64,000 nucleotides of DNA from Stegostoma tigrinum (Eukaryota), in assembly GCF_030684315.1 (NCBI RefSeq), contig NC_081387.1, positions 5,064,497 through 5,128,496 on the forward strand. The letters run 5' to 3'. This document shows positions 49,348 to 62,214 of the stretch, piece by piece. The notes under the pieces are model-generated. The model saw only the letters and a list, made by a program, of their open reading frames with translations, was not told where the DNA came from and made no database searches. A program made the translations under genes and the position numbers. Each line of letters begins with the position of its first letter. The first letter of the stretch is position 1.

Positions 49348-49390
49348 AACCAATCACACATCGAGGACTCCTCCTTCAGCTGTTTCCAGG
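49348..49390 (-). promoter_or_regulatory. MHC class II proximal promoter: X box and Y box
   Basis: Minus strand CCTGGAAACAGCTG (49390-49377, RFX X-box-like), 19 bp spacer, GTGATTGGTT (49357-49348, inverted CCAAT/NF-Y); about 150 bp upstream of the ATG; AT-rich TTTATTAA follows. Confidence 0.85.
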
Positions 49391-49707
49391 TGAAACAGAA
49401 GCCAGCTCCGAATTTTTCTGAGCTCTGAGTTTTATTGGAGAATAAATAGCAGTGAGAGGAAGATATTTTGCGTGAGATCTTTGCATGTGAAGAAATATCT
49501 GTTTACTTGTGTTGAACTAAAAAGGTTTTGGTTAATGTCACCAGTGTTTTCTGATTTCACCCATGGTTATTCCAATTTCTCAGCTGAAAGCCCCACAGCT
49601 ATCCATTTACTTTAACAGTATTTACCGGAGTTGAAAACGGAAAATTATAGAAATACTCAACAGATCAACCAGGGGAGAGAAAAATAGAGCTAATAATTCA
49701 GGTTAAC

Positions 49708-49923
49708 AGGATGTAGAGCTGGATGGACACAGCAAGCCAAGCAACATCAGAGGAGCAGGAAAGCTGACGTTTCGGGTCTAGACTCTTTCTGAAAGAGTCT
49801 AGAAAGAGTCTAGGCCTGAAATGTCAGCCTTCCTGCTCCTCTGATGCTGCTTGTCCTGCTGTGTCCATCCAGCTCCATACAGTGTTATCCCAGATTCTCC
49901 AGCATCTGCAGTCACATTCTGTG
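49708..49923. mobile_element. Palindromic Penelope-terminus mini-element upstream of the MHC promoter
   Basis: Long inverted arms with central palindrome ctagactctttc-t-gaaagagtctag; 17-bp TSD taataattcaggtt(a/g)ac at 49691-49707 and 49924-49940. Confidence 0.88.
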
Positions 49924-51059
49924 TAATAATTCAGGTTGACGGCCTTTCACCCTTCGATCAGAATCCTCTCCCCGGAAGTTCAGTCGGTTAGGGTAAAGAT
50001 CATGGCGGAATCTCAGCAAATATTGCATAAATCTCCCCCTTTTTGTTGCTTTTTCTGCTTTCCCCTTTCCTGAAGCTGTTGCCAATGGAAGGTGGAGGAT
50101 TAAGATGAGCTGGAGCAGGAGGCTCAATCAGTCAAAATCGCAAACCCGAAAGGGTTAAAATATTTCAGTTTTGAGTTTGCTCCTTTTGGTCCATGGTCAG
50201 TTACTTCTCCAATTCTTTCGAATCTTTTCTTCCTCCATGAGGCAAGCAGAAGGACACACATCGCCTTCACCTCTTGATCTTGACAAATTCTAGATGATGT
50301 GTATTTGCCTACTGCCGTCATTGTTTCGCCTTTTGAGCCTGTCACTAATGTCACACACGGTTTAAAATGATCAGATTGCCACTATCCCACCAGGCTCCCA
50401 AAGCATTTAATCATCCTGTAACTGGCTGAAAAATTACAAGGCTGGAGTTCCTCCACACTACCACCACACCCAGCCTATCCCCCCCCCCCCCCCAAAGCTT
50501 TGTCTGTATGGGAGGTGGGCTTGAAGTCTCAGAATGAATTACGTGGATGTTCAGTGGATATATCACATCGACTGTCTTCATTGGAAGTGAGCAAAATGAC
50601 ATTGGATCAGCTTCATCTGATCAACTACCAGATTTGGGACAGCAAATAACTCGTAGAAATCTGCTGCTGGAGGTGTGTGGAATGGATAATACCAAACCTG
50701 TTGCTGCTTTTACACATTATCACATTCCCTTTTCCATTTTCCAAATCATTGATAAATGATAATCCTCCTGTACAACATTCTGCATTGCCCTGGATTGCTG
50801 TATATGGAATCCAGATTGCTCCTTAAATTACTTCAAATGCAGCCTGACTATTACTGCACCATATGCTGAATTCGAATTCATGTAGAATTTGAAGTTGAAC
50901 TTCAGCCTATGAAACAGAGCGCCTGTACAACGTCTCCCCCTGCAGGAGTAGTTTTGTATTCTCTCAACAATCCAGTTATAATAGAGTCCTGAACAACATG
51001 GTGTGGAGCTGGAGGAACACAGCAGGACCCTTCTTCAGAAAGGCCCACTCTGTCTATAC

Positions 51060-52440
51060 TACCAACTGGCGAAGACCACCATCATCCCTATACCTAAGAA
51101 AGCACATGCACCGTGCCTTAACAGCTACTGCCCAATGGCTCTGACCTCAATAATCATGAAGTGCTTTGAAAGGCTGGTCATGATTTACAGCAACTCAGTC
51201 TCCCAGCCTGCCTCGACCTACTACAATTTGCCTGTTGACACTAAAGGTCCTCAGTGGATGCCATATCCCTATCACTACACACATCCCTGGAACATCTGGA
51301 TAACAAAGACACCTACATCAGATTCCTGCGCATTGACTGCAGCTCCACCTTCGACGCCATTATACCTCCCCACTGATCTCAAAACACTGTGACCTTGGTC
51401 TCGGCTCGGCCCTCTGCAACTGGATCCTCAGCTTTCTGACCCACAGGCCACAATCCGTGAGGATAGGTAACTGCACCTCCTCCACAATAACACTCAACAC
51501 TGGAGCCCCCCCAAGGATGGTCCTCAGCCCCCTACTGCACTCCCTGTGCCCCCACAATTGTGTTGTCAAATTCGGAATGAATGCCATTAACAAGTCCACT
51601 GATGACACCACTGTAATGGGACAGATAGCTAACAATGACGGGTCAAAGTGCAGAACGGAGATCGATGCCTTGGTGATGTGGTGCAATAAAAACAATCTGT
51701 CTGTCAACGTCAGCAAATCTAAAGAACTGATCCTTGACTTCAGAAAGAAAGGAGAACACACCCCACATACACCAGCAGAAGTCAGGTTGAGAGGGCGAAG
51801 AGCAGTCAATTTCCTTGGAGTGATGATAACTGAAAAATTATCCTGGACTTCCTGTGTAGATGCGACAGCCAAGAAGGCACAACGGTTCCTCTTCTTCCTC
51901 AGGTGGCTCAGAAAATTTGGCATGTCCATAAGATACCTCACCAGCTTCTACAGACGCACCATTGAAAGCATACTGTCTGTGTGCATACTGGCCTGGTGTG
52001 GCAACAGCTCTGCCCAGGACTGTAGGAAACTACAGAAGTTTGTGTGCAGAGCCCAGATCATCACAGAAGCCAATCTCTTATTCATGGATTCCATTTACAT
52101 GACTTATTGCTATGGAAAGGCTGCCAACACCATCAAAGACCCATCGTAACCCAGTAATGATCTCCTACAACCTCTTCCATCAGGCAGAAGACACAGAAGC
52201 CTGAACACTCACACCAGCAGGTTCAGGAGCAGCTTCTTCCCTGCCATTATTAGATTGATGAATGGATTCTGTCTCTCAAATAATGCTGATCTTGCCATCC
52301 TTGGTCTCGCCTAGCACACACCATGTAACCTGTCTGCCTCTGTCTAAATCTTTTTGATCTGTACGTCCTTTGCTTACTATGATCTGCCTGTACTGCTCAT
52401 AAACAAGGCTTTCCACTGTACTTCAGTGCACATGAATCAA
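51060..52440 (+). mobile_element. Rex1/Babar-like LINE RT 3' part
   Basis: [23 protein letters not shown]; TLNTGAP; KELILDFRK; [10 protein letters not shown]. Confidence 0.9.
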
Positions 52441-52594
52441 ATCAATGAATCAATTATAATCTAGATCAGACTGAAAGGGGAATAGATATGTTGATGTGAG
52501 TTCATTCTTTACAATATCGAGAACACAGCTTAGGAATCACTTTGGGGGATTGTAGCAATTCATAATTCCTGCCTGGTTGAAACTACTTCTGAAA

Positions 52595-53005
52595 AAATGA
52601 AGCAATAAGGGCTTTTCTCTTTAGAGTGGTGAAGGATGAGAGATGACTTGATAGAGGCGTACAAAATGATCAGAGGTATAGATGGAGTGGACAGCCAGAG
52701 ATGTTTTCCTTGGGTGGAGGTAGCTATTATGAGGGGGCATAGTTTTAAAGTGAGTGGAGGTAGATACAGGGGAGATGTCAGAAGTAGGTTCCTTACTCAG
52801 AAAGTGGTAGGGGCAGGGAATGCATTGCCGGAGAGAGTAGTGGAGTCAGCCTCATTAGAGGCATTTAAGCAGCTATTAGATAGGCATGTGGATGACAGTA
52901 TAACGTAGGGGTTGAGGTCAGATAGATCTTAGGCTCAGGGTAAAAGTTCGGCACAACATCGTGGGCCGAAGGGCCTGTACTGTGCTGTATTGTTCTATGT
53001 TCTGT
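52595..53005 (+). mobile_element. CR1 3' end
   Basis: RDDLIEAYKMIRG..RGHSFK; tail. Confidence 0.9.
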
Positions 53006-54274
53006 TAACAATTAACAAAGGCAACTTCCTTGCACCAAACTTAAAACCAGTTTTACCTGACCAACTAGCAATTTGTATACTGTACTGGAAAGGGACTTTT
53101 TAAATAATCATAAGGAAGTGAGAGCTGGGAAATCCCAAAACAGTAACCTGCTCAACAATAACTTCTCCTCCAGCTCCACTATTCACCAATGTGAAGTTGA
53201 GCAGGGAAGTGCCACTAATTGCTGACTGGAGTTTGCTTGCAACAATCTAATTGAGTTTGATATTGTCACCATAGCTCACTTTTACTGCATTGGATTGGCA
53301 GGGAATGGCAGCACTAATCTACACAATGGAATTTACTGAATCACTGCCTAAATTCCATTCACCAAAATTTTACCAAAGCTCTGCTGGAGAAGGAGAAATT
53401 CTCAATCAATTGAACATCAATGTGATTTACAAGAGGAAGTAGGGAATTATGCTGGAAGGCCGCACTGAGGGGAACTTATAAGGAAAAGGAAATATGACAA
53501 AAAGAAGAGTGGAAGAGTTAGATTTTGAGGGGGATTTTGAAGCTGAAGACAGGTGACTGTTAAAGAGGGCCATCCAGCCCATTATCCTTGTACTCCAACA
53601 GAGAATGCGTCCTCCTGGTGTGCTGTAATTTCTATGTCATTGACACTGTAGACAACTTTTTGGTGTCTGGTATTAAAACTGAAGCAACTCAGTTGCTTGA
53701 CCAGAAGAACAGACTTGCTGCCCATAAATTGATCTTCCTGGTCTCTCAACATACTTTAATCCTTCCTATGATCTGTTCTCTTGTGTCCACTCAGAACATT
53801 TCACTATATTTAAATGTAGTAAAAATGAGAGTCATTGGCCCTCTGACATTCCAGCTTTTACACTGGTTACACTTGACATAATTAGTGCCAGGGTCAGCAC
53901 AGACAGGCGGAACTGGATTCTTTGCTAAAGATTGTACAGAGTTTTAACAGTTATGGCTGCATTTGGAAACAATTTGCCAAAATTGAATTCTTTTCACAAT
54001 TCTGCTTCTGCATTGCTCATGTAGCAATGGACATTCTCCTGAATATGAATAATAATGTTTGCATTTCACCTCTGACTGAGTTTTCCCTCTTGCAGCTAAA
54101 GTGGAGTTATGGGTTTCATGGTTACCAGTTCACCATGGCCTAGGGTGAATGTTTCTTGTGAGCTTCTATTTTTTACTTTATTAATTATGCAGCTAAGACA
54201 TTAGACACTTTTCTTGGGGAATCTTGTGGCAAGAGAGGTGGAACAGTTCACCACTGGGAAGCCCTTCTGTTCTT

Positions 54275-54805
54275 ACATAGAAACAAAGAAGATAGGAGCA
54301 GAAGGAGGTCATTCGGCCCTTCAGCCCTGGTCTGCCATTCATCACGATCATGGCTGATTGTCCAACTCAATGGTCTAATCCTTCTTTCTCCCCATAACCT
54401 TTGATCCCATTCACCCCAAGTGCGATACCTAGCTGCCTCTTGAATACATTCAATATTTTGGCATCAACTACTTTCTCTAGTAATGAATTCCACGGACTCA
54501 CCACTCATTGGATGAAGAAATGTCTCCTCATCTCTGTCCTAAATCCTTGTACTACCCTGAATCCTTGTACTGTGACCGCCGATTCTGGACACATCCACGA
54601 TCGGGAACATTCTCCCTGCATCTACCCTGTCCAGTCCTGTTAGAATTTTATAAGCCTCTATGAGATTTCCCCTCCTTTGCCTGAACTGCAGCAAAAACAA
54701 TCTAACCTAGGCAATCTCTCCTGATATGTCAGTTCCGCCATTCCTAGCATCAGCCTGGTAAACCTTCGCTACGCTCCTACAAGAGCAAGAGTATCCTTCC
54801 TCAGT
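54275..54805 (-). mobile_element. CR1 3' end
   Basis: Reverse-strand CR1 3' UTR and C-terminal remnants. Confidence 0.75.
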
Positions 54806-55311
54806 GCTTCTAGTGCCACATTCAAATCACATCAGATGCTACAAGCCAAGAATGGCTTGTCAATCTGTCATGCTCAACCATGAAAAGGTCTCAGAGGAAA
54901 ACTAAGCTAGCTCCCTGCTTTGTGGTTAGGTGTCGGAACGTGCTGGTTGGCAGATGGTGTTGACAGGACCTGCTGACTTCCAAAGGACGCCATGCCAATA
55001 GATCTAGCCAGCCTAGACCCAAGTTGCAGCAAGGATCCCACCACAAAAATGATGACCGTCACTTCTACAAGAATAGGCCTGAAGCACAGTCAACAGCAAG
55101 GAACAGAAGTCAGACGGCTATCAGTAAGACAGGGAACAGACTGGTTGACGCAACATGACAATATAGGACTGCGCTCAGTGGTGAAGGCAGGGGATGATCT
55201 TGGGATTGACAGTGGGTGCCAAGAGCATGGCACTCTTTTCCAACTTCTTCTGTTGGGATACAAAAGTTTGAAAACACATCCCAACACATACAATTCAGGA
55301 ACAGTTTCTAC

Positions 55312-57444
55312 ATTGCCGATGCCCAACACCAACTCTCTGACACCTCCTGCTACCGCCCCCTTGATCATGACCCCATCCCCAAGCACCAAACCATCATCTC
55401 CCAGACCATCCACAACCTCATCACCTCAGGTGGCCTCCCACCCACAGCCTCCAACCTCATTGTTCCCCAACGCTGCACCGCCCGCTTCCATCTCCTTCCC
55501 AAAATCCACAAACTCCACTGCCCTGGTCGACCCTTTGTCTCTGCCTGCTCCTGCCCCACCGAACGTATCTCCACTTATGTCGACCCCATTTTCTCCTCCC
55601 TGGCCCAGCAACTCCCCACCTATGTCCATGATACCACCCACACCCTCCACCACCTCCAAAATTTCCGATTCTCTGGCCTCCGACACCTCATCTTCACCAT
55701 GGACATCCAGTCCCTGTATACTTGCATTCCCCATGCAGATGGCCAAAAGGCCCTCTGCTTCTTCCTGTCCGGCAGGCCCAACCAGCCCCCCTCCACTGAC
55801 ACCCTTATCTGCTTAGCGGAACCTGTCCTCACCCTGAACAACTTCTCCTCCAATTCTTCCCACCTCCTACAGACAAATGGAATGGCCATGGGTACCCGCA
55901 TGGGCCCAAGATACACCTGCCTCTTAGTAGGTTATGTGGAACAGTCCCTATACCCCAGATACACTGGCCCTAAACCCCACCTCTTCCTCTGTTACATTGA
56001 TGACTGTATCGGCGCCACCTCGTGTTCCCATGAAGAGCTTGAGCAGTTCATCCACTTTACCAACACCTTCCACCTCAATCTTAAGTCCACCTGGACTATC
56101 TCTGATATCTCTCTCTCCCCTTCCGGGACCTCTCTGTTTCCATCTCTGACAACCAGCTGGAAACCGATATCCATTTCAAGCCCACCGACTCCCACAGCTA
56201 TCTAGAATACACCTCGTCTCACCCACCTTTCTGCAACGATGCCATTCCCTATTCCCAATTCCTTCGCCTCCACATCATCTGCTCCCAAGATGAGGCATTC
56301 CACTCCCAGACATACCAGATATCTTCGTCTTTCAAGAACCACAACTTCCCCTCCACAGTGGTCAAAAGCGCCCTCAACTGCACCTCTCATGTTTCCTGCA
56401 ACCCATCCTTCATACCACCTCCCCACAATAACAATAAAAACAGAATCCCCCTTGTGTTCATGTACCACACCATTAACGTCTAGATTCAATGCATCATCCT
56501 CCGCTGCTTCTGCTACCTGCAATCTGACCCCACCACCAAGGACATTTTTCCCTCCCCACCCTTAACTGCCTTCGGGAGGGACCACTGTCTCGGTGACTCC
56601 CTCCTCCGCCCCAGTACCCCTGGCACTTTTCCCTGCAACCGCAGGAAGTGCTACACCTGCCCCTACACCTCACCCCTCACCCCCATCCCAGGCCCAAGAA
56701 AACCTTTCATATTAAACAGACGTCACCTGCACATCTGCCAATGTGGTTCATTGTATCCGCTGTTCCCATTGTGGCCTCCTCTACATCGGGGAAACCAAGC
56801 AGAGGCTTGGAGGCTGCTTTGAGGAACACCTCCGCTCGGTTCGCAATAAACAACTGCACCTCCCAGTCACGAACCACTTCAACTCCCCATCCCACTGCTT
56901 GGATGATATCTCCATCCTGGGCCTCCTGCAGTGCCACAATGATGCTAACCAAAGGTTGCAGGAACAGCAACTCATATTTCGCTTGGGAACCCTGAAGCCC
57001 AATGGTATCAATGTGGACTTCACAATCTTCAAAATCTCCCCAAACCCGACCACATCCCAAAACCAGCCCAGCTCGTCCCCACCTCTTTGACCTGTCCATC
57101 TTTTCTCCCATCCATTCGGTCCTCTCACCTCAACCCCCACCACCACCTCCTACCTAACTGCCTCATCCCCGCCTCCTTGATCTGGCCATCTTCCCTTCAC
57201 TGACCAACTTCGATCCTAACTCCCCACCTACAACCACTTTTACTGGCCCCATCCCCGCCTCCTTAACCTGTCCATCTCCTCTCCACCTATCTGCTCCTTT
57301 ATCCAGCTCCCCTCTATTTATTTCAGAGCCCCCTTCCCCCCCACCCCCATTTCTGAAGAAGGGTCCAGACCCGAAACGTCAGCTTTCCTGCTCCTCTGAT
57401 ACTGTTGGCCTGCTGTGTTCCTCCAGCTCCTCACCTTGTTATCT
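55312..57444 (+). mobile_element. Penelope-like element (RT + GIY-YIG), 5'-truncated, frameshifted
   Basis: GMAMGTRMGP, YIDD, LYIGETKQRL; TSD cag(t/c)ttctac at 55302-55311 and 57445-57454; hammerhead motif 57349-57384. Confidence 0.95.
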
Positions 57445-58929
57445 CAGCTTCTACCCTAATGTCAGCAGATTTTTGAACTGACCTCTTGAGTATTAAAGTT
57501 TATCATTCTCTGCACTTTCTCTGTAGCTGTAGCATTATTTTCTGCACTCTGTTCTATTACCTTGGCTTACTTATGTATGGTATGATCTCTATGTACAGCA
57601 TGCAAAACAATACTTTTTACTGTATCTCAGTAAATGTTACAACAATAAATCAAATCAAAATAAGTCAATCCGCTATGGAAGAGATGTTTGATCTGGAATA
57701 CAAAAGGTGAGCCGATGTTCAGGAACAGTAGCCAGTTCAAATGAGGGGGTTGATCAAAGTCAGTCAAACCTCAATCAAAAGCATCCCCAATCTCCATAGG
57801 TCGAGCAGAATGGGAAATGAGGAGCTACAGTGGATGAAATTTCGGATAGTGGAAGCTAAGAAACAGAAGATTTGGGAAAGTGATTGAATGCCCTGGGAAT
57901 TAGATATCAGGAAGACAGATCAAATCCCTGCGATGGGAGAAGGAATTGATTAAGCCTTGGGAGTAAGATTAATAGCTGTAGGAATTTGAGGGTGGGAGGA
58001 TGGTAGCCTCAGGGATTAATAATGGCCTTTGGAGGAGAAGGGGTGTGTCAGGCTGAAGGCAGTTGTTGCCTGATCATGGGAATTTCCCAGGGAAGTATTC
58101 AGTATCCAGTAGGACCTCAAATGGGAAACCGAGCTGCGGACAGTTCAATTTAAAAATCAGAGCATAACAATGAAGTTGCAACCTCAATGCACTATTAAAA
58201 TTATTAACTTACAGGCCAGCTTCCTGTCCACATTCCCTTCTCAGTTAAAATTGGAAATAATGGGATTTTGAATTTTCAGACAAATTCCCTCACTCCTCCA
58301 AATCTGCCCATTTAGCCTGAGGAAAGGCATTGAGCTGTAAATGGTTAATAAAGGAACCTTTCCTACAATAATTGTGAAGCCGGCTTTTCCTGACTAACTT
58401 GCAGTGTGCACTGGAAGACACTGGTCACACAGTTTGAAGGAGGTGAGGGCTGGAAAGTTCCTGAATTTGTTTCATCATACTGTCAGCTGACTGAAGGCCA
58501 ATATCCCCAGTACTAAGGCACTAGCGCAGAGTTCCGAAGAACTGTCAATTTGGCCTTGAAACATTAGTTCTGTTTCTTTCTCCACAGATGCTGCCAGGCC
58601 TGCAAAGTTTCTGTGACACATTGTGTTCTTATTTCTGCAGAGTATTCACTTCTAAATTACAAGACCAATGGCACTACTACACCACTATCTCACCCTCACC
58701 ACTTCTTCACTGCTTCACACTACGCATTCCCATGTACCTCATTAGCCCCTAAGTTTCCTTCAATTTTCTTTCATATGCACAATTTCCACACATGTCTAAC
58801 CACCACCTCAACACACACTCATTAATTCATCCCTGCTTTCTGCACAGTCTTTCAGTTATCTGACTTACTAATTAGTTCAATTGTCATATTTTGTTTTATA
58901 ATGACCCTAAGAGGTGCTTTGGGCCAGTT

Positions 58930-59450
58930 TATCATATTAAAGGAGCAGAAGAAAGCTAGGGGTTGGAGAGAGAGAAACGTAGAGATGAGGAGTTAAAGCC
59001 CAAGCATTGAAAGGGTGAGAGAAAGGATGTGATTTATATTTTTGGTGGGTGCAAGAAATAGAAATGATGAGAGGTGGAATTAAGGTAGTGGTGAAACGGA
59101 AACAGATGTGGGGCTGTGAGAGAGCGGTGGAGGTGAAATTGGTGGAAAGGGAAGAGTGAAAGAGCGGTGAGGTAGAGAGAGGTTTGAAAAAGGGATAGAA
59201 AGGGGTTTGAGGGTAAGTGACATGTTGCATAGACGGGCATGAGAGGCAAGTGTGGAGAGAGGTTTGGGAGTTAATGGAGAGTGAGAAATTCAGGTTAGAA
59301 TGAGGTGGTGAATGGAGAGAGAGATGGAGAAGAGGTGACGAAAGGATCGGATGAGAAAGGTTGTGGGAGTGAGGTAAGGTAGAGGAGGCAGGGGTGGAGA
59401 GAGAAGCATAGAGACAGAAGGTGAGTTAGGTGTGGGTGACAAGGGTGGGA
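58930..59450 (+). repeat. Purine-rich (GA) low-complexity tract
   Basis: Direct reading. Confidence 0.8.
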
Positions 59451-60789
59451 CTGATTACTGTCATTTTAACAAATTAAATTTCAAGAAAAATGTAAGTTGA
59501 ATTTTGAATTTAGTTATTGATCACAGCCTGAGAGGGTAAGACAAAGTTATAAATGTTCACATTTGTGAAAAAGGATAAGTTACAAGCAGTGACACAATTA
59601 TTCTTTCCATATTCTGTATTGTTCACCAATTAAAGAGAAATTCTGATACTCATTGGCTAATTGTCTCAGCAGTTCTCATTTATTTTCTAAGTGACTACAT
59701 TGAATTTTGAAAAAAGTCAATAGCAATCCATCCTCAGTTGCCTCTGTCACTGCATAACTGCTGAACCCTGTGAGCCCAGTAATAGAATCACAAAGATCGT
59801 CTTAGCCACAGAACCAGGCAACAAAACCACTGAATGGTTGTTCCAATTATTGCCTTCTACCCATAACTTATTTTATCATTTTAGTTTATCTGTAGTTGTG
59901 TAAGAGGGTGATTCTAAAGGGATTAGAATTTTATTTAGTACTGCTATACGCCAAATGCTCATAACTGTTTACTGTAGCTAAATTCTAATTGTTATAATAT
60001 ATCGTAACTCCTGTTCAGTTAAAAAAAAGGTCTATGATTTCTATTGGCCTCAGTCTGAAAATCAGGCAAATTGAGGGACTTTATGTACTTTTGAGGCAAC
60101 TCCAGGAATAGCTGGACTTGAATTCATTTTGCTACTGGAAGAGAGAGAGAAAGAGAGAGAAGAGACAGTCTGGAATGTCACACCTTCAAGTGCCAAATAG
60201 GCTTCAAAGGGAGAAAATGAACTACAAACTCAACCGTTAACTACCTGGGAGTTATCTCAGACTGTGGACAGAAGAGGGGGCGTATTTTGTCTCTTCCACT
60301 TATACGAATGCACAGAAAAGGGGTTAAAAGCCAGTTCAGCCCTGGTTTATGTATACACATGAGCTGACGTGATCTTGTACTAGTCTGTGTTTGAGTGCTA
60401 GTGTGTGGTGATGGTCACAGTCAAGGAACCACTTACTAGATATCCATTGTTTCAGGCACAGCAACCGAAAAGAATTCTCTTGACTGCTGGAAGTCAACTA
60501 GCCAGCAAAGCACTAGAAGATCAACAGGACAACAGAGCAATCTCTCTCTCTATCTCTAGGTGCTCAAGGCCAGTTAGCCAACAGCTACTGTTGACTGGAG
60601 GCCCCAGCACTAAGGAATTGTAATCAACGCGCAATGCCAATTGTCTCAGAATTGACTGTTCAAAAATCAATGTCAACTCTACCCATACAATCCAGTGTTG
60701 CAGTTGTTATTATTCTACTTTTGGCTTTTTATGAATCACTGAGAGACTGATCTTTCTCAGATATTTATTGGACTTACTTTCTTTTTCCG

Positions 60790-61560
60790 AGATAACAAAG
60801 TGTGGAGCTGGATGAACACAGCAGGCCCAGCAGCATCTCAGGAGCACAAAAGCTGACGTTTCGGGCCTAGACCCTTCATCAGAGAGGGGGATGGGGAGAG
60901 GGAACTGGAATAAATAGGGAGAGAGGGGGAGGCGGACCGAAGATGGAGAGAAAAGAAGATAGGTGGAGAGGAGAGTATGGGTGGGGAGGTAGGGAGGGGA
61001 TAGGTCAGTCCAGGGAAGACGGACAGGTCAAGGAGGTGGGATGAGGTTAGTAGGTAGGAGATGGAGGTGTGGCTTGAGGTGGGAGGAAGGGATGGGTGAG
61101 AGGAAGAACAGGTTAGGGGGGCAGAGACAGGTTGGACTGGTTTTGGGATGCAGTGGGTGGAGGGGAAGAGCTGGGCTGGTTGTGTGGTGCAGTGGGGGGA
61201 GGGGACGAAATGGGCTGGTTTTGGGATGCGGTGGGGGAAGGGGAGATTTTGAAGCTGGTGAAGTCCACATTGATACCATTGGGCTGCAGGGTTCCCAAGC
61301 GGAATATGAGTTGCTGTTCCTGCAACCTTCGGGAGGCACCATTGTGGCACTGCAGGAGGCCCATGATGGACATGTCATCTAAAGAATGGGAGGGGGAGTT
61401 GAAATGGTTCGCGGCTGGGAGGTGCAGTCGCTTATTACAAACCAAGCATAGGTGTTCTGCAAAGCAGTCCCCAAGCCTCCGCTTGGTTTCCCCAATGTAG
61501 AGGAGGCCACACCGGGTACAATGGATACAGTATACCACATTGGCAAATGTGCAGGTGAAC
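60790..61560 (-). mobile_element. Penelope-like element 3' fragment (GIY-YIG + terminus)
   Basis: VYCIHCTRCGLLYIGETKRRL; hammerhead motif 60851-60886. Confidence 0.93.
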
Positions 61561-62214
61561 CGTTCCTCAGCCAGGAGCTTCGCTAGTCAGGTTATCCATT
61601 CTGGAACTGTTATAAATTGGGTGATCCCTCCCAGAGACTAGATAGTAGGATAAAAATTGCAGTTGAAAATTTGTCACAGAGTTTTAGTTTGAAAAGGGAA
61701 AAATGCTGTGAATCTAGTGGTCAGATAGTTATATTTGTAGAGTGATGAGGTTACATTGCATTACATTTGGAATGTAAAATTGATAAAAGGTAGGTGGTAG
61801 TGGTAGGTAAGTATATGCTACTATCAGCTGGATATTGACTGATATAGTGATACCATGGGTATGGGCCTGAAGTAATTGCCTTTTTTTCTATAGTATAGAT
61901 GCTTCGCATCATCACCACTATGATGTATAGCAACACCCAAGTTGCAACTGTGTGTGAGGAAAGCCTGGCTGATCATTTTGTATGTACACTCATGGTGTGA
62001 GATGTTTCATCACAGGCTACATGCTGAAAATTTCTCCTCAATTTTACATGTGCTTTATGCGAGGTGATGGCCCAGTGGTATCATCACTAAACAATTGATC
62101 CAGACACTATACCGGGGTATTCGGGTACAAATCCCACCATGGCAGATGGTGGAAGTTGAACCGACTACGATATCTTGAATTCAGAATCGACTGATGCCCA
62201 TGAAACTACTGACC

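Noticed and set aside
49912-50127. Signal-peptide-like ORF (LSLLLQLILILHLPLATASG) upstream of the gene
   Set aside because: Starts at TTG, has no GT donor after the leader and runs into a repeat; the real leader is at 49196
50040-50135. Upstream X/Y-like enhancer (ccattggcaacagc, ctgattgag)
   Set aside because: Box order and spacing are non-canonical and the Y core is imperfect
50330-51000. Apparently unique sequence as a possible class II beta first exon
   Set aside because: No ATG-leader-donor arrangement; faint resemblance to decayed L1-type ORF2, too weak to call
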